Under the pieces are notes generated by a model. It was not told where the DNA came from. It saw only the letters and a program-made list of their open reading frames with translations, and made no database searches. The position numbers and the translations under genes are program-made. This document shows, piece by piece, positions 49,101-57,791 of a stretch of 64,000 bases of DNA (the first letter of the stretch is position 1; each line of letters begins with the position of its first letter). Source of the stretch: Candidatus Bathyarchaeota archaeon. GTDB taxonomy: Archaea; Thermoproteota; Bathyarchaeia; Bathyarchaeales; Bathycorpusculaceae. The stretch spans positions 416,001-480,000 of the forward strand of contig OY970176.1 in the NCBI GenBank assembly GCA_963707955.1. Reading direction: 5' to 3'.

Positions 49101-52100
49101 AGGCCAGTGGTGCTTGTCCAGACGTATTGTTCGGTGCTTGCACCTACGATGAGGGGGGATTGGAAAGAGAAGCTGTGGTTGGAACCTATGCCCCATAGGA
49201 ACGAAACTGGGAGTTGCGACTTGGAGTAGCTGGTGGAGTCGATGATGACCACTGTGCCCGTAAAGTCAGAGCTGACTCCCACTTGGTCAAACGTTATCTG
49301 ATTCTGTATCACGTAGTTTCCGACAACGCTTCCTGAAGAGGTTATTGTCAGTGTTCCGTTCTGCAGACTTGAGAGTCCGGACGTTGAATTCCAACTGTAC
49401 TGCCTGCTGCCCACCACCAAGGGTGAAGCAAAAGAGAAGCTGTGGTTGGAACCACTGTCCCACCAGTACGAAACGGTGAGACTGCTCACACTATAGTTAA
49501 CGTTGTCAACGCTTACCACTGTGCCCGAGAAGTCCGAGCCAACGCCACTTTCGCCAAACGTGACCTGATACTGAGTCTTCCAAGTCCACGATATGCTCGA
49601 TGGCGACCCGATAGTGAACGTAACAGAGGAAGCTGTTCCAGACGCTGGGGTACTTCCCGTACCAGACCAACCCGTGCACACGTGTTGAATGCCAGAACCA
49701 CCAGAAACGGGAGACGTAACCGATTCGGTTATACTCTTCCCAGAGTCAAACCAGCCACTCACAGGAGAGGGCGAATCGTACGGAGAAGACACCGTCAGGT
49801 AGTACTGAGTTTTCCAACTCCAAGTTATGGTTGAGGGTGCGGTGATAGCAAATGTCACGGATGTACCGCTGCCGGAGGCAGGGACGCTTCCCGTACCAGA
49901 CCACCCAGTGCAGACGTACTGAGTGCCAGAAGAACCAGGTGTGGGAGAGGTCACTGACTCGTTTATGCTCGTGCCAGAGTCAAACCAGCCACTCACAGGA
50001 GAGGGCGAATCGTACGGAGAGGTCACGGTCAGGTAGTACTGAGTCTTCCAAGTCCAAGCTATGGTTGAGGGTGCGGTGATAGTGAACGACGCAGATGAAC
50101 CAGTGCCAGACGCTGGAACGCTCCCAGAACCAGACCAGCCAGAACAGACGTACTGGGTGCCAGATGCGCCTGCCATGGGAGACGTAACCGAATCGGTCAC
50201 GTTTGTGCCGGAGTCAAACCAGCCGCTCGCTGGAGTGGGCGAGTCGTACGGTGAAGAGACGGTCAAGTAGTACTGAGTCTTGTAGTTGCCGGTTATGGTT
50301 GTGGGCCCTGTAACGGTGAGGGGTGAGGCTTGGCCGGTTATGCTTAAAAGCTTGAACTGCTTACCAGAGACGGAGCTTGTAATTGTGGAGCTGTAAACGT
50401 AGGTTACAGAGGTGCCGTTGTCGACCCACAAGGTGTAAGGCAGCGTTGAGAGTATCTGTGAGCTGCCGTTTACTGTTACGATGGTGCCGCTGGCTGTGGA
50501 ATCTAATCCTGTCTGTGCAAAGGTGACAGAGTATTGGACTATGTAGTTGCCTGTCACCGTCATGGGCCCTGAAACGGTGAAGGGCGAAGAATGGCCGCTG
50601 ACGGTGTTAAGCCTAAACTGCTTGCCGCCAGTCGAGCTTGAAACTGTGGAACTGTAAGAGTAGGTGACGGAACTGCCGCTGCTAATCCAGAGCGTGTATG
50701 GGAGACTGCTGAATGCCTGTGAGCTGCCGTTAACGGTCACCACGGTTCCCGTCGCAGATGAGTCTAGGCCTGTTTGAGCAAACGTGACTTGGTATTGTGT
50801 TACGTAATTGCCGTTAACGGTCACGGGTCCGGAAACGGTAATCGGCGAAGAGGGACCTGTGACGCCTGAAAGAGTGAACTGCTTACCAGAAACAGAGCTT
50901 GGGACGATGGAAGTGTAGGAGTAGGTAACTGAGGTGCCGCTGTCAACCCACAGTGTTAATGGCAATTGGGCGTAGGTTTCTGGACTGCTGTTCACTGTGG
51001 CGATGGTTCCAGTTGCGTCTGAGGACAATCCTGTTTGGTTAAATATTATTGAGTATTGCGTGACGTAGTGTGCTGTGGCCGTGTGGTTTGCGTTCATGGT
51101 CACTGTTATTGGGTTGTTTCCGCTGCCTTGTGAGGTTCCGTCGATGTCCCAGTAGGTAAACCTGTATCGGCTGGTAGTTGAAGCGTTCACGTATGTTGGA
51201 GCCGTCAAACTGACGTTTGTGCCACTTGAGTACTGACCTTGGCCAGGGATAGTTACGATACCGGTGGGGTTGGTTTTGACGCTTAGGTAGAATTGCTGAG
51301 TCGGTGGTGAACAGGGGATGGTTGCTATTATCGGTTGGCCTTCGTCGCTTTCGCCGGATTTGATGCCGTCTGCGTCTATCACGTAGGCTGATGCCGTGGG
51401 ATCCCAGTGCGGTTTTTGACCTTGTTCAAAATTGTAGGCCACAGTATATCCATTGATGTATCGACAGTACGTGTTTGTATTGTTTGGCCAGTATGCTACG
51501 TAAGATCCCCATTGTAACTTGAAGTAGACGTCCAAGCTGGACGGATGAATATCGAATTCTACGTTGGTTGCGTTGTTGAGGAGGATAGAGGCTGTGCTCC
51601 CTGGGTTTCGGTATTGTTCGGTTTCTTTTGGTTGTGTGCCACTGTCGTATTCTATCGTTACCCCTGGATTTCCTGACCTTGCAGGAATCGGGACCCATGC
51701 TGTGCCATTGTTATAGTAGACGGTTACTTGCACGTTTGGAATAGGGACTGTAAGTCCGCCAACAATGCCCTGGAAACATACTCTGAAGTTAACGTCTTCT
51801 TGTACTTGAACGACGGTTGCTGCAGTCGCTGTTTGACCTTCGTTGTCTGTGACAGTTAACTCTACTGTGTAGTTTCCGTCCACCGGATATGAATGTGTGA
51901 CTGTGGGACTTGTCACAGCAGTTACGTTTCCGTCTCCGAAGTCCCAAGTGTACTTTACTATTAAACCTGCTGGCGAATAGCTTGCAGACGCATCAAAAAC
52001 TATTGTATCGCCAGGATGAGGAATATCAGGTGTGTATGTAAAAATTGCCGCAGGCAGCGTCCCAGTTTGAGAAGGCCCATTAACGAGCGGGATCGCTAAA

Positions 52101-52192
52101 TTCTGGCTAATTTTCGATGCGAAAACGGATATTGACAATAAGAAAGCTAACACTAACATTAGCACTACGAAAACCTTGAGCATCCTCGCCAT
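46148..52192 (-). CDS. Giant repetitive surface protein (PKD + ~80-aa Ser/Thr-rich beta repeats, C-terminal anchor)
   Basis: Signal peptide, YTWDFGDG PKD, many KTQYYLTVSS / TQYQVTF repeats, VSVGG + TM + RKRKRK. Confidence 0.9.
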   Translation of the reverse strand: MARMLKVFVVLMLVLAFLLSISVFASKISQNLAIPLVNGPSQTGTLPAAIFTYTPDIPHPGDTIVFDASASYSPAGLIVKYTWDFGDGNVTAVTSPTVTHSYPVDGNYTVELTVTDNEGQTATAATVVQVQEDVNFRVCFQGIVGGLTVPIPNVQVTVYYNNGTAWVPIPARSGNPGVTIEYDSGTQPKETEQYRNPGSTASILLNNATNVEFDIHPSSLDVYFKLQWGSYVAYWPNNTNTYCRYINGYTVAYNFEQGQKPHWDPTASAYVIDADGIKSGESDEGQPIIATIPCSPPTQQFYLSVKTNPTGIVTIPGQGQYSSGTNVSLTAPTYVNASTTSRYRFTYWDIDGTSQGSGNNPITVTMNANHTATAHYVTQYSIIFNQTGLSSDATGTIATVNSSPETYAQLPLTLWVDSGTSVTYSYTSIVPSSVSGKQFTLSGVTGPSSPITVSGPVTVNGNYVTQYQVTFAQTGLDSSATGTVVTVNGSSQAFSSLPYTLWISSGSSVTYSYSSTVSSSTGGKQFRLNTVSGHSSPFTVSGPMTVTGNYIVQYSVTFAQTGLDSTASGTIVTVNGSSQILSTLPYTLWVDNGTSVTYVYSSTITSSVSGKQFKLLSITGQASPLTVTGPTTITGNYKTQYYLTVSSPYDSPTPASGWFDSGTNVTDSVTSPMAGASGTQYVCSGWSGSGSVPASGTGSSASFTITAPSTIAWTWKTQYYLTVTSPYDSPSPVSGWFDSGTSINESVTSPTPGSSGTQYVCTGWSGTGSVPASGSGTSVTFAITAPSTITWSWKTQYYLTVSSPYDSPSPVSGWFDSGKSITESVTSPVSGGSGIQHVCTGWSGTGSTPASGTASSVTFTIGSPSSISWTWKTQYQVTFGESGVGSDFSGTVVSVDNVNYSVSSLTVSYWWDSGSNHSFSFASPLVVGSRQYSWNSTSGLSSLQNGTLTITSSGSVVGNYVIQNQITFDQVGVSSDFTGTVVIIDSTSYSKSQLPVSFLWGIGSNHSFSFQSPLIVGASTEQYVWTSTTGLSSLQNSSITVAAYGSIIGNYKTQYYLTVSSPYDSPTPASGWFDSGTNVTDSVTSPVSGGSGIQYVCTGWSGTGSVPASGSGTSVTFAITAPSTISWTWKTQYYLTVSSAYGSPSGQGWYDAGFTASFSVTTPVSGGAGTQYVFTAWSSSDTGGYTGSSASQSVTMNNPITETASWKTQYYLTVSSLHDSPSPSSGWFDSGTGITESVTSPVSGGSGVQYVCKGWSGTGSVPVSGTASSVTFTITAPSSIVWSWKTQYQVTFNQTGLDSSASSAVVTVNGNPITYLQLPYSIWADNGSSISYSYNNVSSSNSGEQFILIGVTGLSSPITVTNPMTVVGNYKTQYQVTFSQSGVGFDFAGTVVTIDSNAYAVSALPVSFWWDNGSVHTFSLSSPLIVSASEQYNWFSTSGLTVLQNGSLTVTTSGSVTGNYSTGIKYQVTFSQNGLSPDFTGTVVIIDGTSYGLGGVNTLPVSFWWDSGSTHTFAFQSPLVVTANAKQYIWTGTAGLSTLQNDTITVTTSGSVTGNYNTQYYLTMATNPSGVTSPSGAGWYDAGSNATVSTDAFVTITMGSSRYRFNGWTTADMTEISNYLATPTTVFVDEAKTVTATYAVQYNVTFSQLGVGSDFTNTVAVIDGVNYMVNTLPESFWWDNNTVHTFAFQSLLVVIPNGKAYAWTNTTGLSTSQSGTLTISASGSMVGNYVIQYYLTVGSPYDSPTPASRWFNAGASITEYVTSPVPESIGKQHVCIGWSGTGSVPTSGSGATTTFTITQASTIVWNWKTQYYLIVESNPPGTTAISGEGWYDASTNVTLNAPPVSGWSFSNWNLDGTSQGNTNPITVGMSAAHTATANYTQIPGQPLTVSISPMTCTTTVGTPVLFTSTVSGGTGPYTYQWYENGNPVPNATSPSWTFIPTRGGTYYIYLQVTDAVQGHSTMQSGTAKIVVLPVSVGGLSISMKKPIPLSYLGAYIGLVALFCAALCMRKRKRK

Positions 52193-52455
52193 GCTGCCCT
52201 TCTCCCTTCGGCACTGTATCTAACTACTGATTTCCATATAAGCCTTTAGGATCTTAGTTCTATATGGCGGAATAGTGTAGCAAACGATACAACGGCAGCG
52301 TCTAAAGCTTACTTTCATGAAAACCACGCGCTTTGCACTCGTCTTGTAGGGGAATACGATGGTGTTTTCAAGCATCGGGGCTGCTGTCGTTTGCAACTCA
52401 TAAGCTTGTTTTCTTGTGTGAGGCGTCGTAAGGCAAAATTTATTTACGTCAGCAA

Positions 52456-53931
52456 GTGTTAGCGTTCGAGGAGCTGTGGAGTGAAGGCTTGGCGGCAAGT
52501 TCAAAAGTTTTTTTGGTCGTTGGCTTCCTGCTAGTTGTCACTTTCTTGGCAATTTTCTCGGGTGCTTTTTGTAGCAGAGGCTCTTTCGTGGCGTTGGCCT
52601 CGGATGCCAACATCGTTGTTAACCCTGGCCAATCAATAAGTGCGGCCTTGAGCTCCGCTTCACAAGGGGACACGATACTGCTCATGACCGGGACTTATTC
52701 TCAATCACAAATATCTGTTAACAAGACTGTGACTATAACAGGCGAAGATCCTGAGCGAACCATCATTGACGGCGGGGGCACGGCATCTGACATTTTTATG
52801 ATTACTGCAGATAACGTTGTGATAGAGAATCTCACGGTGGAGAACACTGATTCAAGTTTTGCAATTTCTGCGCCAGCAGTTTACCTATTTAATGCTACAG
52901 GGGTCCATGTAGAGAACCTGATGATTAAGAAGGCATTCTTCGGTTTGCAATTCACGGATTCGAACTCTTCTATGATAACGTATTGCACGATATCTGAAAC
53001 CTTTGATTATGGAGTTTTCCTGCGTGACAGGAGTTGTAATAACACTTTTTTTGGTAATACTATTGAGAACAATTCGGATGGGATGGTTTTCTCTGATGCG
53101 ACGTGTCAGTTTAACAGGGTTTATAACAACAACTTCATCGGGAACTTAAAGCAGCTTCAATTTTTCGGGACTAACTACTTTGATGATGGATATCCTTCTG
53201 GTGGAAACTATTGGAGTGACGCCGTTGGAACAGATTTGAAGTCTGGCCCTGACCAGAACGAGGTTGGAGGCGATGGAATACTTGATCAAGGCTATCCTGA
53301 ATCTTCGGCTTGGGATAGGTATCCTTTGGATTGGCCCATCACGAACCTGCAGGTGACGGTGGGGGCAGAAAATTTCGTGCTGCAGGTTTCAACGAATTCA
53401 ACTTTGACTGGATGTTATCTTAATGGGACAGCGAAAACCGTCGGCCTTTTGCTCAATGCTTCAGAGAATCTTGTCGGTTCCTGCAGAATCACGATTCCTA
53501 AAGGATTTTTATCGACGGACAACATTAGCGAATGGAAAGTCGCAGAAGTTTATCTTAATGGAACTTCTTTGAACTTGCCGTACTGGGCTGCGGAGGACTC
53601 GGAGAACACGTACGCCTATTTCACTTACACGCAATCGGAAGTGAAGGAAATTGACGTTACTGGAACTTTATTGGTGGATGAGTTCTTTGATTTCATGATT
53701 CTAGCCTTCATGTTTGTCTCAGTCGGCGTTCTTGTGCTCTGGAAAAGCTTGAGAAAGCGAAAGTCGTCCGCCAACGTGTTTAAGCCGCTTTTTAAGGAGT
53801 TGTGCTGCCGCTTGACATCTGGCCCGTTCGACGACGGTGTCAGTAATCGTGCAGGTCTACGCTGTTCGCAACGTACCGCCAGAACTCTCTTTGAAATAGA
53901 GTCCAGTTCTCTTCGGACTTCATACGCTTGA
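52456..53931 (+). CDS. NosD-like parallel beta-helix surface protein
   Basis: TIIDGGG, NNNFIGN, DDGYPSGGNYWSD, DRYPL, VDEF + TM + RKRK. Confidence 0.85.
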   Translation: MLAFEELWSEGLAASSKVFLVVGFLLVVTFLAIFSGAFCSRGSFVALASDANIVVNPGQSISAALSSASQGDTILLMTGTYSQSQISVNKTVTITGEDPERTIIDGGGTASDIFMITADNVVIENLTVENTDSSFAISAPAVYLFNATGVHVENLMIKKAFFGLQFTDSNSSMITYCTISETFDYGVFLRDRSCNNTFFGNTIENNSDGMVFSDATCQFNRVYNNNFIGNLKQLQFFGTNYFDDGYPSGGNYWSDAVGTDLKSGPDQNEVGGDGILDQGYPESSAWDRYPLDWPITNLQVTVGAENFVLQVSTNSTLTGCYLNGTAKTVGLLLNASENLVGSCRITIPKGFLSTDNISEWKVAEVYLNGTSLNLPYWAAEDSENTYAYFTYTQSEVKEIDVTGTLLVDEFFDFMILAFMFVSVGVLVLWKSLRKRKSSANVFKPLFKELCCRLTSGPFDDGVSNRAGLRCSQRTARTLFEIESSSLRTSYA

Positions 53932-54220
53932 GCAGGAAATATCCGCCTCCAAACGCGGCTGTGAGGAACATCGAATTGATACGACGTTTGTTCTCAATTC
54001 CAGACCGCTCCAACGTCACTTTCAAGTTGTTCGGGTCGCCTTCTATGGTGACGGTGACGAGACCTTCCATCTTGTATTTTGATGAATCTAGGGCCTCTAT
54101 TTTGAAGCCGTTTTCAAGTGTCTCCTTGTAGGCTTCAAAGTCGTTTTTCTTGAAGAATTCTCCGACATGTGTCGTGAAACGTGCCAGGTCGACGTTTTTG
54201 TCCGTCCATTTTCTTTCCAT
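53840..54220 (-). CDS. Hypothetical protein
   Basis: ATG with upstream GAGGAG; natural composition; 3' end overlaps the convergent gene. Confidence 0.6.
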   Translation of the reverse strand: MERKWTDKNVDLARFTTHVGEFFKKNDFEAYKETLENGFKIEALDSSKYKMEGLVTVTIEGDPNNLKVTLERSGIENKRRINSMFLTAAFGGGYFLLKRMKSEENWTLFQREFWRYVANSVDLHDY

Positions 54221-54278
54221 GAATGTTCTCCTCGTCGTCTTATATTGGGCTTCATAATCTTCAAATGTTTGGTTTCAG

Positions 54279-54812
54279 TTAATCAATCTTTGATCTGATA
54301 TAAACAGCGAACACCGCCAAGACTATGACAACGCTGAATGCGAGGATTGCAAATTGTTGGTAGACGTGATTCGCCACAGCGGTATATGTAGGAACCAGTT
54401 CACCTACGTGCCCGTTCATGACCCATCTGTTCCCTAAGAATACGGTTTCCATGTCGGCGAAGCTGTAGAGTATTATGCCGATCGTTAAGAGAGCTATAAG
54501 CGAGGTTATTGAAAGTGCATAAGCTTTTTCCAGAGTTGTGCCTGAAAAGTAGCTCCTTGAATGAACCAAGAAGGCTAGAATCATCAGAACTCCGCCCATC
54601 AAGACCTCGATCGCTGCTTCCAATGAAAAACTCAGCGGGGGAATCGAAGTGGAACCAATTACAAACAAAAGGAACCCTGCAGCGCCTATTATAAGCGGCG
54701 ACTTTTCCATCAGGTAAGAAAGGGCAGATTGTTGAGCTGATTTTGGCCTGTCGACTTCTTCCATTTTATGACCTTTGTGCGGGAGCTTCAACTGTAAGTC
54801 TAGTTTAATCAT
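54279..54812 (-). CDS. Hypothetical membrane protein (4 TM)
   Basis: Four hydrophobic segments. Confidence 0.65.
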   Translation of the reverse strand: MIKLDLQLKLPHKGHKMEEVDRPKSAQQSALSYLMEKSPLIIGAAGFLLFVIGSTSIPPLSFSLEAAIEVLMGGVLMILAFLVHSRSYFSGTTLEKAYALSITSLIALLTIGIILYSFADMETVFLGNRWVMNGHVGELVPTYTAVANHVYQQFAILAFSVVIVLAVFAVYIRSKID

Positions 54813-54884
54813 TCAGATAAATCTGTCGTCACGAATAATCAGTTTCGTTTTGATATGGATAGACAAAAAAAAGGAGTGTTATAG

Positions 54885-55943
54885 TTATTTGGGGACAGTT
54901 CTTCTTTTTCTCGACAGTACGATAACGCCGGCTGCGAGCGAGAGTGCAGCAAATATGATGGGCAGCGTAAGGATCGGGAATTCTGGAACGACGGTGTATG
55001 CAAAGTTTAGCGTGTTATTGTCCTGCACGCCCTCGATTCCTACCTGGTTAAAAGCAGTTATGTTGTAGGTCACGGTGGTTCCATTTGCGAAGCCGGGTAT
55101 ATGTGTTTCGTAGAGACTGTTTGTAGAGTTGAAGGTCATAGGCAAATCGTACCATGTTGTATCGTTCGTGTAGGAAAGCGTGACGTTCTGGACGCCCGTT
55201 GGGTCGGTTACGTTTATTCCGACGTAGACTGGTTCACCGGGTTGAACAGTGTATTGGTCAGGTGTTTGAGTTGGCGTACCCATCGTTGGGGGTGCAGCTG
55301 TAAGGGTGAACAATCCTGTTTCTAATTGTGGTACATCACTTCCCGAGGGCCAGTAGTAGTCACCACTCCAGGCGGGGTCAAACGAGAAACCGAAATTTAC
55401 TTCCGGCGTTGTCGAGTTTAGCTGAGCTATTATTTTAAACTCTATTTGCATCAGTGTACCTGTTCCGTTGAAGGACCATTCGGGACTGCCCTGTGCGTAT
55501 CCGCAGCCGCACTCGAGGATTTGATAAGTGTCATTATGGATATCGATATTAAATGCCGGGATTAGTACGTCACTTGCAGCTGCGACAGCTCCACTGAAGA
55601 CGTTGTCTGATGGAAGCCAATGGTTGACATATTGGAGTGTGGTGTTATCGAACACTAAGCCTGCTCCCCAACCGTACAGGGATGCGGTGGCGTTGGTAGC
55701 TATTGTGAGGTTTACGAAGAATGTTGAGCCGATGTCATTCGAATTGAAGGTGAAGTTTGAAGTGCCGAGATCGGTTGCGTCTGAAGAAGCGTTCCATTTT
55801 GACGGATTAGAGCTGGGTCCTGGGTTGACTATTGACAAGATTGGGGGATAAGGGCCTGTTTGAGCGAAGGCAACGTGCGTAGTTATTGGTAGCGCCAGTA
55901 GAATGGCCGATAGAACTGCAATCATTATTATTTGCGTTTTCAT
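54885..55943 (-). CDS. Cohesin-like domain protein with PEF-CTERM sorting signal
   Basis: Signal peptide, cohesin-like LYGWGAGLVFDNTTLQ..NGTGTLMQIEF, C-terminal VPEF + TM + RKRR. Confidence 0.8.
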   Translation of the reverse strand: MKTQIIMIAVLSAILLALPITTHVAFAQTGPYPPILSIVNPGPSSNPSKWNASSDATDLGTSNFTFNSNDIGSTFFVNLTIATNATASLYGWGAGLVFDNTTLQYVNHWLPSDNVFSGAVAAASDVLIPAFNIDIHNDTYQILECGCGYAQGSPEWSFNGTGTLMQIEFKIIAQLNSTTPEVNFGFSFDPAWSGDYYWPSGSDVPQLETGLFTLTAAPPTMGTPTQTPDQYTVQPGEPVYVGINVTDPTGVQNVTLSYTNDTTWYDLPMTFNSTNSLYETHIPGFANGTTVTYNITAFNQVGIEGVQDNNTLNFAYTVVPEFPILTLPIIFAALSLAAGVIVLSRKRRTVPK

Positions 55944-56029
55944 TTTTTCGACTCCTTCTGCAGTTTTTATATGTATACCTATTTTAAGTTTACGTATTCC
56001 TTCCGTGCTACCAGATTCCAAAACGCAAT

Positions 56030-57220
56030 CTAGCGGATCTTGCCCCTGCGCATCTTCAACCTTTCCCGTGTAAAGAGAACGGAGAAGAAACATATTACAG
56101 CGACCACGTAGGCCATGAACATTATTCCGAGCGGCGACAGGAGCATTATTGAGATAAGTTGACCCATGTATTCGAGCGTGCTGATTCTTCTATCAATGTA
56201 GATTACTATCGAGAATGTGTTGTATTGTGTGTTGTTTTGGCCCTGCAGAGGCTGTATCTGAGCTTCTATCGTGTATGATCCTACTGTAAGGTTGCCAGGA
56301 ATCTTCCAAGTGTACACGTAATAGTCGGTTGCGTTAGGAAGGAGAGTCATGCTTCCTCTTAAGAGTTCAACACTATTAGAATGGAACGTTTCCGAAACGT
56401 TGAAGCTGAAGGTTTCTAAATCGGTCCCATTGTTCGCGAAGCTCGTTGTGATCGTCAAGTTGTCGCCCCGGTAAACATTCGCTTCGTCAAAGCTTATTCC
56501 CGTCACCGAAACGGCTACGATCGTCTGGGATATTGCCTGCGAACCAGAAATGCTCACCGTGGCTGGCTCAGTCAACACCTCAGTATAGCTTGTGGACGGA
56601 TAAATGAAGATGAAAGAAGTAAAGTAGCCCATCGGACTGTTCGGGGAGAGTTGCTTTAGGATATTCAAGTTCGTACTCAATGTCTCTGTTGCGTTGGGAG
56701 TAACAGCAATCGTGAAGTTTGCGTAGAACAAGAGTCCTTCAGTTTCCACGTTTACCGGATAAAAAGGAGGATAGCTTAATGTGTAAAGATCCGAGCAACC
56801 GATGGTTAAGTAGCCTGTGTTAGTTAAATTGTCATAATCCGTTTCTGGTGAAGTTGGAATGAGCGTTGCACCGTTGTCAGTGGCTGGTTTGAACACGTTG
56901 TCGGTGGGTATCCACGCTGTGGCAAAATTTATTATGTTGTTGTCCCAGGTCAGTTCAACCTGCCAACCTGTCAGGTTTGTGACGGTTCTTATGCAGATTG
57001 CCGCGGTGAATGTGGTGTTGATGGGGTAGTCGATCGAGTTGAACTTGAAGGTGCTTGCGTTGGTCGGAGAAAGCGGGTTGATAATCACCATGGTCGGATA
57101 TTGAGACTGTTGAGCTGCCGCTGAAACCCTTTCTGTTTGTGTGGTAACAATCATTAAGAGTATGATTAGCAGGAACAAGGTTTTCAGCGAGCGCGGCTTA
57201 GCATCACCCAAATTGACCAC
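56030..57220 (-). CDS. Cohesin-like + CARDB protein with C-terminal TM
   Basis: NLTGWQVELTWDNNII, EGLLFYANF, NNGTDLETF CARDB, terminal TM. Confidence 0.78.
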   Translation of the reverse strand: MVNLGDAKPRSLKTLFLLIILLMIVTTQTERVSAAAQQSQYPTMVIINPLSPTNASTFKFNSIDYPINTTFTAAICIRTVTNLTGWQVELTWDNNIINFATAWIPTDNVFKPATDNGATLIPTSPETDYDNLTNTGYLTIGCSDLYTLSYPPFYPVNVETEGLLFYANFTIAVTPNATETLSTNLNILKQLSPNSPMGYFTSFIFIYPSTSYTEVLTEPATVSISGSQAISQTIVAVSVTGISFDEANVYRGDNLTITTSFANNGTDLETFSFNVSETFHSNSVELLRGSMTLLPNATDYYVYTWKIPGNLTVGSYTIEAQIQPLQGQNNTQYNTFSIVIYIDRRISTLEYMGQLISIMLLSPLGIMFMAYVVAVICFFSVLFTRERLKMRRGKIR

Positions 57221-57348
57221 GACTTGATATAACTTAAACCAATTTATAAGTTTGTTGAAAACGTTGGGAATACGTTAGCATGCGCGGAGTTCCCCTTTCG
57301 ACAATGTTTTCTGGAGTTCGCCGATGTTAAGAGGTTTCGCAATGTTTA

Positions 57349-57548
57349 GCGCGCATGCTTGTTCCCAAATTCCTAGATCCGTTCAAAAGGGAGGCATGAC
57401 GTTTCTCGATGGTTACCGTCGCGGTCCGGCCGGGTCTCTCGTGCTCACACCCTCCCCCCGGGTATCCTATATGATCCAAATACGGTTGAAGAGCAAAATT
57501 AGCAGCAGAAGCCACTTCCCAAAAGAATTCAGGAACAAGGCGGCGCGT
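57349..57548. repeat. ~200-bp dispersed repeat with imperfect terminal inverted repeats (copy 2, inverted)
   Basis: Reverse complement aligns with 14607-14810 with small indels. Confidence 0.8.
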
Positions 57549-57791
57549 GACTTTGACCAAACTGTCTGTCTAGTTGGTTGGTCCTTGATTTCGTTTGGCA
57601 TGATGCCGCCTTTGCAGGTTTTGAGGTAGGTGTTGCAAGGCTGCTTGCTGGCTGTGTCCGAAATCATGGTAACTGATCGGTTGGCCCTGCCTCGCAGGTA
57701 TGGAAAGCGGCTTTAATGAGTGCCAGCGCAATCTTTAGGGTAGAAAAAGAGTGGGTTATGTTTGTTTTCGAGTTCTCCAGCGTTGATGATG

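Noticed and set aside
47000-51100. Repeats as a CRISPR array or DGR template/variable pair
   Set aside because: They are in-frame protein repeats; there is no spacer structure, cas gene, reverse transcriptase or adenine-specific variation.
57324-57629. ORFs on both strands across repeat copy 2
   Set aside because: The frames are broken by indels in copy 1, so conservation is at the DNA level.
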